NCBI GenBank assembly: GCA_032718475.1
Contig: JAUCBJ010004850.1
Span: 1 to 54,092, forward strand
Source: Nemertoderma westbladi
Taxonomy: Eukaryota; Animalia; Xenacoelomorpha
Length of the DNA: 54,092 bases
Direction of reading: 5' to 3'
The notes under the pieces are model-generated. The model worked only from the letters and a program-made list of their open reading frames with translations. It ran no database searches and was not told where the DNA came from. Shown here piece by piece: positions 26,301 through 38,300 of the stretch. The position numbers and the translations under genes were made by a program. Each line of letters begins with the position of its first letter. The first letter of the stretch is position 1.

Positions 26301-29300
26301 ATTAAAACCCACCATGTAATCGGAATGTAGATCTCCTTTGGACATCGAATTCGATATTGACATATAACTATTGTCGTCAACCGGTCCCCCGTGACTCCAT
26401 AAGGGCTGGAAGGACTGAACCTCTACCTGGTTGCCATGGAGATTGGCGTCCTGTCGGACGGGACTCGAGGCTACCATGGCAACACCCGTCATTGAATGCT
26501 GAAGAAATTTAAACAATAAAAGTTATAAAGGAACTTTTTGAAAGAAAACATACTGACCGAAACGTTTAACTCTATAATAAAGGTTTTAAACAGGAAACCT
26601 GAGATTCTTCCGTTCTCAAATACGGATATATTACTGGAGTCGCAGTACCGAGCAGAGAGGGTGCGTTCAGCCGAGCGTAACGATGCCCAACGGTGCGCGA
26701 ATACGAGCACAGATGTACGCGGGTAACAGGTCACCCAATCCGATATATTATCAGCTCGTAATCCGTCTAGAGTTGCCGTTATTAACTGCCGTCCAAATCG
26801 CCGAGGTATTTAGATGCGAAATGGGAGGAGAGCTTTTGTGCCGTAAAAGGAAGATAAGGCGAGAATGTTGGGTTGTAAGGGCCCTGCACTGAGTAATTAG
26901 TGTTGGGTTATCAGCTCCGTGAGGGGTTGAGGCCACCCAACATTCCTATGCGGTTGCAATGAATCCATCTGTATGTCTCTATTGCATAACAGCCGCAGTT
27001 AATCGCACAAAGTTAGTTTATTAATTTAAATTCTACGGTTAATATCCGAGAGACAAGTTGCATTCAGTCGTCACAAAATATCAAAGCGTCAAGGTGGGAT
27101 CGAACCAGTTACTTAGAGTTTGTAAAACTATAAAACTCATAGCAAAAGCTCTGGAGGAAGTGTTTATTGTTGAAGATCAAACATATTGTGGTGAGGAGCG
27201 AGCAGCAATCACTGGATAAATAATGCTAAAGATTTTCCCATTCATGTTAAACACTAAACAAAACCCACGCGGAGGTGATTTCAAGTCTATGCAGTTCCAG
27301 TTATAGGTTATTTAACGGGACACCAACCTGTTTGCCTTGCAGCTCCATCTGCGATTTGATATGCATACTCCGTTTCTTATCCTTGCAGCGCTTGTTCTGG
27401 AACCAGACTCGGATAACCCGGCCACTCAGTCCCGTCATGTCCGACAACTGTTCCCGCATCAACGCGTCGGGCCGCGCGTTGGCCGCGTAACAGGTGCGGA
27501 GCGTAGAGAGTTGTTTCTCGTTGAGTACCGTTCGCACTCGGGTGGGTTTGTGGTCCGAGGACGGAGAGGATTTAGTGCTGCCATGGGAACGCGATTGTAA
27601 AGTAACCGATTGGTCTGCGAAAGTTAATGAGAGGCTAATTAATTAATGAGAAGACAATTAATTAATGAAATACAATAATATTTAAAGAAAATAAAATTTG
27701 GTTGAATTTCACAAACATATAAACTCCCACAAACGTTTTTATTATAATCAAGATCTTTCTGGAGTAACCGTTCTCGCCTTCCCTTCCCACATTACAATAA
27801 GTCCTACTTTATGAATCATTTTAAATTAAAAAGATTGCTCATGTGCTAACACTTGATGAGCACATGATGAGCTTTAGAATAGGTTGGTTGTTATCGCGCC
27901 GCCGGTAACGGTGTACATCGACATTCATTCTACAGGGTGATGCTCGGTTTTACTAGTTAGTAGCAACCTATACAATGATTCAGGACAGTAGTAGATGTTC
28001 ATTTCTAGTGGATAATTCTGATGTGGAATAATCAAACTTCAATAAACCATCATAACGGATTTACTATACCAAATATACAAAGGTCACTAATAATGTAGAT
28101 CTACTATAATAGATTCATATTAAACAAGTATGATGATAATAATATAACAATGATGGTAATTGATATCAAATAACGTAGTTAATTAGCTGATAATAGACCG
28201 ATTTGGTGTATCTTTGATTATCAAACATCTAACAAATAAACCCGTATTTAATCCGTCCCAGTCATTATCTCTTATATTTGTCTGTAACTTTATAAAGAGA
28301 TCACCTTCTCTACGTTTATATACCGGTAAATAAAGTCCGATATAGCTGATAAACAACGCGTATTATTCCCGTGTATACAACGCGGCCAAACATCCGTATA
28401 CGCTACGCCCCTAATATTTGCTGGAGATTATCAGGTGTGACCGAATCTTACGACAATGTTGGTTGGGAGTAAACAATTCAATGTTTACAGTAATGTAAAC
28501 CGGAATAAACCCACGCACAGTGAACTAGACTTATCTGATTGTTGTTAAACAACGTATAATATATTCATATAATGGCGTAAAGACAGTTTAATGAGTTGCA
28601 TTAAACTATTTGCAATGGATGCGATGGTGTGAAGAGGTGTGTGATAGTAGTTGCTATGCATATTTTAGCAAAATGACGGTATTATTGTAAAATAAGAGTG
28701 TATGGAAGTGCTTATGTATTACAATGCTAAGCTTAAACAAAATGTTAATTCCGAAAATTACATATACAGAAAAAAATCTCATTAATTTTTTTACAAAACA
28801 CATAAAAATTTTTTTATCATTTTATTTTTGTATGTAAATAAGAATTTTTATAAAAATAAACAACCCAGATAACAACATTATTTATTGATAAAATAAAACT
28901 AACCGGACTGCATTGCACTAGTTTTTGTGTTGTTGTTGTTATTGTTGTTATTATTTGTAAACTCTACAAGCTCAGCTCTCTCTATAACCTGATTATCTTC
29001 CTCACAATAGATTCCATCATCTCGAACTACAAATTTGTCACCTAAAAAAATGAAAAATAAATTATTTATTAATTAAACAAACGGACAGTAAGATTGTAAA
29101 GAATAACCAAACCCTCATGTATAAATTTAGGGTTTTCAATATAAAGTTGTTACCTATATGATGCTATATAAAGTTTGTGTTTATTACAAGAATAAAAACA
29201 GAACAAAACCAAAAACTGTATGTATTCTTGGGTTGTTTATTGCTTTGGTTATATCAGTTTTCCGGCCATTATAGCTAGCACTTTCCCTTTTCAGCACTCA

Positions 29301-32300
29301 TACTTTGTGGATGTGAATTTGTATACCCGTTAATAACTAAATCGTATGGGTCTCTGTGAGTAAACTGCATAGCAAGCTAACCGTAAATTATAAATATAAC
29401 AGAGTTGGAATAATTTTGTTTGTCCAAACATTGCTGTTTCGCCTTTATACCACCAAAGGGACACGGTGGGTTTCAGTCAGCCGTTCCTTTACTTTCTTTC
29501 TTTAAACACAAAGTTAGATTAAACAAAACCACACGATAACAAAAGGCTTTATTACATTCGGAGTAACCATTTAATGTTGTAACGCGAAAGGCAACATGTG
29601 TGGGGAAGTGAAATGCATTAAATGTTTTAGGGAGTAGTGATGGGAAATTAGGCGCCACATAAAACCTGTTTTGGGAACTAAAAACCTGTTTACTTGTTCT
29701 TTTTTTTTTACCTGTTTTGGTTTATTTCTTTCCGACTTTTACTAAAAAACACTATTTATATATTCTGAATAATGATTTTGTTTTATCTTACCTTATGTTG
29801 ATAATTTTGTTTTGGGAACTAAAAGTTATTTAGTATAAAGCGACATAAAATCAGAATGATAGATTGATGTGTAATTATAAATCCAACGTTATATCCCATG
29901 ATATATATACTGTACACTGCAAGTAGAACTTATAACTTTACAACTCACCTGTAATTAACTGCAAGTAGAACTTATAACTTTACAACTCACCTGTAATTAA
30001 CTGCAAGTAGAACTTATAACTTTACAACTCACCTGTAATTAACTGCAAGTAGAACTTATAACTTTACAACTCACCTGTAATTAACTGCAAGTAGAACTTA
30101 TAACTTTACAACTCACCTGTAATTAACTGCAAGTAGAACTTATAACTTTACAACTCACATGTAATTAACTGCAAGTAGAACTTATAACTTTACAACTCAC
30201 CTGTAATTAACTGCAAGTAGAACTTATAACTTTACAACTCACCTGTAATTAACTGCAAGTAGAACTTATAACTTTACAACTCACCTGTAATTAACTGCAA
30301 GTAGAACTTATAACTTTACAACTCACATGTAATTAACTGCAAGTAGAACTTATAACTTTACAACTCACCTGTAATTAACTGCAAGTAGAACTTATAACTT
30401 TACAACTCACCTGTAATTAACTGCAAGTAGAACTTATAACTTTACAACTCACCTGTAATTAACTGCAAGTAGAACTTATAACTTTACAACTCACCTGTAA
30501 TTAACTGCAAGTAGAACTTATAACTTTACAACTCACCTGTAATTAACTGCAAGTAGAACTTATAACTTTACAACTCACCTGTAATTAACTGCAAGTAGAA
30601 CTTATAACTTTGCAACTCACCTGTAATTAACTGCAAATAGAACTTATAACTTTACAACTCACCTGTAATTAACTGCAAGTAGAACTTATAACTTTACAAC
30701 TCACCTGTAATTAACTGCAAGTAGAACTTATAACTTTACAACTCACCTGTAATTAACTGCAAGTAGAACTTATAACTTTACAACTCACCTGTAATTAACT
30801 GCAAGTAGAACTTATAACTTTACAACTCACATGTAATTAACTGCAAGTAGAACTTATAACTTTACAACTCACCTGTAATTAACTGCAAGTAGAACTTATA
30901 ACTTTACAACTCACCTGTAATTAACTGCAAGTAGAACTTATAACTTTACAACTCACATGTAATTAACTGCAAGTAGAACTTATAACTTTACAACTCACCT
31001 GTAATTAACTGCAAGTAGAACTTATAACTTTACAACTCACCTGTAATTAACTGCAAGTAGAACTTATAACTTTACAACTCACCTGTAATTAACTGCAAGT
31101 AGAACTTATAACTTTACAACTCACCTGTAATTAACTGCAAGTAGAACTTATAACTTTACAACTCACCTGTAATTAACTGCAAGTAGAACTTATAACTTTA
31201 CAACTCACCTGTAATTAACTGCAAGTAGAACTTATAACTTTACAACTCACCTGTAATTAACTGCAAGTAGAACTTATAACTTTACAACTCACCTGTAATT
31301 AACTGCAAATAGAACTTATAACTTTACAACTCACCTGTAATTAACTGCAAGTAGAACTTATAACTTTACAACTCACCTGTAATTAACTGCAAGTAGAACT
31401 TATAACTTTACAACTCACCTGTAATTAACTGCAAGTAGAACTTATAACTTTACAACTCACCTGTAATTAACTGCAAGTAGAACTTATAACTTTACAACTC
31501 ACCTGTAATTAACTGCAAGTAGAACTTATAACTTTACAACTCACCTGTAATTAACTGCAAGTAGAACTTATAACTTTACAACTCACCTGTAATTAACTGC
31601 AAGTAGAACTTATAACTTTACAACTCACCTGTAATTAACTGCAAGTAGAACTTATAACTTTACAACTCACCTGTAATTAACTACAAGTAGAATTTATAAC
31701 TTTACAACTCACCTGTAATTAACTACAAGTAGAACTTATAACTTTACAACTCACCTGTAATTAAATGCAAGTAGAACTTATAACTTTACAACTCACCTGT
31801 AATTAACTGCAAGTAGAACTTATAACTTTACAACTCACCTGTAATTAACTGCAAGTAGAACTTATAACTTTACAACTCACCTGTAATTAACTGAAAGTAG
31901 AACTTATAACTTTACAACTCACCTGTAATTAACTGCAAGTAGAACTTATAACTTTACAACTCACCTGTAATTAACTGCAAGTAGAACTTATAACTTTACA
32001 ACTCACCTGTAATTAACTGAAAGTAGAACTTATAACTTTACAACTCACCTGTAATTAACTGCAAGTAGAACTTATAACTTTACAACTCACCTGTAATTAA
32101 CTGCAAGTAGAACTTATAACTTTACAACTCACCTGTAATTAACTGCAAGTAGAACTTATAACTTTACAACTCACCTGTAATTAACTGCAAGTAGAACTTA
32201 TAACTTTACAACTCACCTGTAATTAACTGCAAGTTGAACTTATAACTTTACAACTCACCTGTAATTAACTGCAAGTAGAACTTATAACTTTACAACTCAC

Positions 32301-35300
32301 CTGTAATTAACTGCACACTGCAAGTAGAACATCTGAAACAATCGACGTGGTAAATCTTACTCCCTCCTCTTGTCTTCATTACCAAATCGGTTTTATTGAA
32401 TCCCAATCCACATTTGGCGCACTTCGACCCAAATAATCTGAAACAATCAACCCGAATCATTTGAGTTGATCCATCAAGGTGAATCCGTTTGTCGCTTAAA
32501 TGGATAGATAAATCTACTCGGGGGGGGGGGGGGGGGGCAATTAGGGAGGGAATCTAACCTCCTTGGAGGGACAGGAAAGAGTCGCAAATTACTGGGGAAT
32601 TTATATTCGGAATAAATTGGTAGTCAAACAGGGAGAGGTTTGTCTGTTAAAGGCTTTAACAGGAAAACCTCACTCCAAGGACGAGTTAGAGGCACTCCCT
32701 CACCTCACATGAGATGATTAATAAACCAGATTATTTTAAGATTATAATTGAATGTCTTCGGGTCGTTTTTATATAAACGTGATGTAGAAATAATATATTC
32801 ATTCTGACACAACGTAGTAACGTAGATATTCAGTCGTAAGTTTTACAAAGAAAAGGAGCCATTTAGGTACGGTAGGTTATGATGCTGTTAATTGGTTTAG
32901 TTAGCAAACATAATTGGCTTGATAGACATTGAACAGTCGATATGGTAAAGGATTTCCTCGCAAATTAAACAAAACTAAAATACATATCTCCACAAGAACC
33001 TCGGTATCATTCATCATTGCCCCCAGTTCTAAGGGACAGACAAAAGAGGCGGAGTGGGCTTAAATGTTACAGTACGAGTCAAAAAAAAGTCGAATAATGG
33101 TCTCAGATAGAGTCCAGATGAAGAAACCTAACCCTGTCAGGGTGGGTCAAATTATTACGTGTCCCGGTTGCAGAAATGTTTCCGTTAAACTGGTGGGGCA
33201 GCCGGACAATGACGAATTCAACTAAACCGCAGTTCTATGGCTGCATATACCGCAAAGGGGCAAACCTAATGTCCTGCAAGTCCCTTCACGGCATCACCAC
33301 TCAGTAAAGCTTCGTTAAACTCTACTGGAAACGCTAATTATGGAGGACCAAACAGTTTACAATTACAATTCACCCAGATATATCCCATGTACCAATTTAT
33401 ATTCGTACACTCATATACATGGCCCACATATACTGATAATCTCAATACGCAACGCCACAAAACTCGGGTCAAAATTAATGATAGAAAATAAATGTTTAGC
33501 CGAAAATATATAAAAAATAAAAGTCAGACCAGTTTACAAAAACGCATTTCTTTGAAAAAAAAATTGCTAACATATATATGCACACGATAATGAAAATTAA
33601 AGAAAATTGAAGAGACCAACCTTGTGTAATCCCGTCTACTCACCTTGTGTAATCCCGTCTACTCACCTTGTGTAATCCCGTCTACTCACCTTGTGTAATC
33701 CCGTCTACCCACCTTGTGTAATCCCGTCTACCCACCTTGTGTAATCCCGTCTACCCACCTTGTGTAATCCCGTCTACCCACCTTGTGTAATCCCGTCTAC
33801 CCACCTTGTGTAATCCCGCTCACCAACCTTGTGTAATCCCGTCTACCCACCTTGTGTAATCCCGTCTACCCACCTTGTGTAATCCCGTCTACCAACCTTG
33901 TGTAATCCCGTCTACCCACCTTGTGTAATCCCGTCTACCCACCTTGTGTAATCCCGTCTACCCACCTTGTGTAATCCCGCTCACCAACCTTGTGTAATCC
34001 CGTCTACCCACCTTGTGTAATCCCGTCTACCCACCTTGTGTAATCCCGTCTACCCACCTTGTGTAATCCCGTCTACCCACCTTGTGTAATCCCGTCTACC
34101 CACCTTGTGTAATCCCGCTCACCAACCTTGTGTAATCCCGTCTACCCACCTTGTGTAATCCCGTCTACCCACCTTGTGTAATCCCGTCTACCAACCTTGT
34201 GTAATCCCGTCTACCCACCTTGTGTAATCCCGTCTACCCACCTTGTGTAATCCCGTCTACCCACCTTGTGTAATCCCGCTCACCAACCTTGTGTAATCCC
34301 GTCTACCCACCTTGTGTAATCCCGTCTACCCACCTTGTGTAATCCCGTCTACCCACCTTGTGTAATCCCGTCTACCAACCTTGTGTAATCCCGTCTACCC
34401 ACCTTGTGTAATCCCGTCTACCCACCTTGTGTAATCCCGTCTACCCACCTTGTGTAATCCCGCTCACCAACCTTGTGTAATCCCGTCTACCCACCTTGTG
34501 TAATCCCGTCTACCCACCTTGTGTAATCCCGTCTACCCACCTTGTGTAATCCCGTCTACCCACCTTGTGTAATCCCGTCTACCCACCTTGTGTAATCCCG
34601 CTCACCAACCTTGTGTAATCCCGTCTACCCACCTTGTGTAATCCCGTCTACCCACCTTGTGTAATCCCGTCTACCAACCTTGTGTAATCCCGTCTACCCA
34701 CCTTGTGTAATCCCGTCTACCCACCTTGTGTAATCCCGTCTACCCACCTTGTGTAATCCCGCTCACCAACCTTGTGTAATCCCGTCTACCCACCTTGTGT
34801 AATCCCGTCTACCCACCTTGTGTAATCCCGTCTACCAACCTTGTGTAATCCCGTCTACCCACCTTGTGTAATCCCGTCTACCAACCTTGTGTAATTCCGT
34901 CTTCCAACCTTGTGTAATCCCGTCTACCAACCTTGTGTAATCCCGTCTACCCACCTTGTGTAATCCCGTCTACCCACCTTGTGTAATCCCGCTCACCAAC
35001 CTTGTGTAATCCCGTCTACCCACCTTGTGTAATCCCGTCTACCCACCGTGTGTAATCCCGTCTACCCACCTTGTGTAATCCCGTCTACCCACCTTGTGTA
35101 ATCCCGTCTACCCACCTTGTGTAATCCCGTCTACCCACCTTGTGTAATCCCGTCTACCCACCTTGTGTAATCCCGCTCACCAACCTTGTGTAATCCCGTC
35201 TACCCACCTTGTGTAATCCCGTCTACCCACCTTGTGTAATCCCGTCTACCCACCTTGTATAATCCCGTCTACCAACCTTGTGTAATCCCGTCCACCCACC

Positions 35301-38300
35301 TTGTGTAATCCCGTCTACCCACCTTGTGTAATCCCGTCTACCCACCTTGTGTAATCCCGCTCACCAACCTTGTGTAATCCCGTCTACCCACCTTGTGTAA
35401 TCCCGTCTACCCACCTTGTGTAATCCCGCTCACCAACCTTGTGTAATCCCGTCTACCCACCTTGTGTAATCCCGTCTACCCACCTTGTGTAATCCCGTCT
35501 ACCCACCTTGTGTAATCCCGTCTACCCACCTTGTGTAATCCCGTCTACCCACCTTGTGTAATCCCGTCTACCCACCTTGTGTAATCCCGTCTACCCACCT
35601 TGTGTAATCCCGCTCACCAACCTTGTGTAATCCCGTCTACCCACCTTGTGTAATCCCGTCTACCCACCTTGTGTAATCCCGTCTACCCACCTTGTGTAAT
35701 CCCGTCTACCCACCTTGTGTAATCCCGTCTACCCACCTTGTGTAATCCCGTCTACCCACCTTGTGTAATCCCGTCTACCCACCTTGTGTAATCCCGCTCT
35801 ACCCACCTTGTGTAATCCCGTCTACCCACCTTGTGTAATCCCGTCTACCCACCTTGTGTAATCCCGTCTACCCACCTTGTGTAATCCCGTCTACCCACCT
35901 TGTGTAATCCCGTCTACCCACCTTGTGTAATCCCGTCTACCCACCTTGTGTAATCCCGTCTACCCACCTTGTGTAATCCCGTCTACCCACCTTGTGTAAT
36001 CCCGTCTACCCACCTTGTGTAATCCCGTCTACCCACCTTGTGTAATCCCGTCTACCCACCTTGTGTAATCCCGTCTACCCACCTTGTGTAATCCCGTCTA
36101 CCCACCTTGTGTAATCCCGTCTACCCACCTTGTGTAATCCCGTCTACCCACCTTGTGTAATCCCGTCTACCCACCTTGTGTAATCCCGTCTACCCACCTT
36201 GTGTAATCCCGCTCACCAACCTTGTGTAATCCCGTCTACCCACCTTGTGTAATCCCGTCTACCCACCTTGTGTAATCCCGTCTACCCACCTTGTGTAATC
36301 CCGTCTACCCACCTTGTGTAATCCCGTCTACCCACCTTGTGTAATCCCGTCTACCCACCTTGTGTAATCCCGTCTACCCACCTTGTGTAATCCCGTCTAC
36401 CCACCTTGTGTAATCCCGTCTACCCACCTTGTGTAATCCCGTCTACCCACCTTGTGTAATCCCGTCTACCAACCTTGTGTAATCCCGTCTACCCACCTTG
36501 TGTAATCCCGTCTACCCACCTTGTGTAATCCCGTCTACCCACCTTGTGTAATCCCGTCTACCCACCTTGTGTAATCCCGCTCTACCAACCTTGTGTAATC
36601 CCGTCTACCCACCTTGTGTAATCCCGTCTACCCACCTTGTGTAATCCCGTCTACCCACCTTGTGTAATCCCGTCTACCCACCTTGTGTAATCCCGTCTAC
36701 CCACCTTGTGTAATCCCGTCTACCCACCTTGTGTAATCCCGTCTACCCACCTTGTGTAATCCCGTCTCACCAACCTTGTGTAATCCCGTCTACCCACCTT
36801 GTGTAATCCCGTCTACCCACCTTGTGTAATCCCGTCTACCCACCTTGTGTAATCCCGTCTACCAACCTTGTGTAATCCCGTCTACCCACCTTGTGTAATC
36901 CCGTCTACCCACCTTGTGTAATCCCGTCTACCAACCTTGTGTAATCCCGTCTACCCACCTTGTGTAATCCCGTCTACCCACCTTGTGTAATCCCGTCTAC
37001 CCACCTTGTGTAATCCCGTCTACCCACCTTGTGTAATCCCGTCTACCCACCTTGTGTAATCCCGTCTACCCACCTTGTGTAATCCCGTCTACCCACCTTG
37101 TGTAATCCCGTCTACCCACCTTGTGTAATCCCGTCTACCCACCTTGTGTAATCCCGTCTACCCACCTTGTGTAATCCCGTCTACCCACCTTGTGTAATCC
37201 CGTCTACCCACCTTGTGTAATCCCGTCTACCCACCTTGTGTAATCCCGTCTACCCACCTTGTGTAATCCCGTCTACCCACCTTGTGTAATCCCGTCTACC
37301 CACCTTGTGTAATCCCGTCTACCCACCTTGTGTAATCCCGTCTACCCACCTTGTGTAATCCCGTCTACCCACCTTGTGTAATCCCGTCTACCCACCTTGT
37401 GTAATCCCGTCTACCCACCTTGTGTAATCCCGTCTACCCACCTTGTGTAATCCCGTCTACCCACCTTGTGTAATCCCGTCTACCCACCTTGTGTAATCCC
37501 GTCTACCCACCTTGTGTAATCCCGTCTACCAACCTTGTGTAATCCCGTCTACCCACCTTGTGTAATCCCGTCTACCCACCTTGTGTAATCCCGTCTACCC
37601 ACCTTGTGTAATCCCGTCTACCAACCTTGTGTAATCCCGTCTACCCACCTTGTGTAATCCCGTCTACCCACCTTGTGTAATCCCGTCTACCCACCTTGTG
37701 TAATCCCGTCTACCCACCTTGTGTAATCCCGTCTACCCACCTTGTGTAATCCCGTCTACCCACCTTGTGTAATCCCGTCTACCCACCTTGTGTAATCCCG
37801 TCTACCCACCTTGTGTAATCCCGTCTACCCACCTTGTGTAATCCCGTCTACCCACCTTGTGTAATCCCGTCTACCCACCTTGTGTAATCCCGTCTACCCA
37901 CCTTGTGTAATCCCGTCTACCCACCTTGTGTAATCCCGTCTACCCACCTTGTGTAATCCCGTCTACCCACCTTGTGTAATCCCGTCTACCCACCTTGTGT
38001 AATCCCGTCTACCAACCTTGTGTAATCCCGTCTACCCACCTTGTGTAATCCCGTCTACCAACCTTGTGTAATCCCGTCTACCCACCTTGTGTAATCCCGT
38101 CTACCCACCTTGTGTAATCCCGTCCACCCACCTTGTGTAATCCCGTCTACCAACCTTGTGTAATCCCGTCTACCAACCTTGTGTAATCCCGTCTACCCAC
38201 CTTGTGTAATCCCGTCTACCCACCTTGTGTAATCCCGTCTACCCACCTTGTGTAATCCCGTCTACCCACCTTGTGTAATCCCGTCTACCCACCTTGTGTA

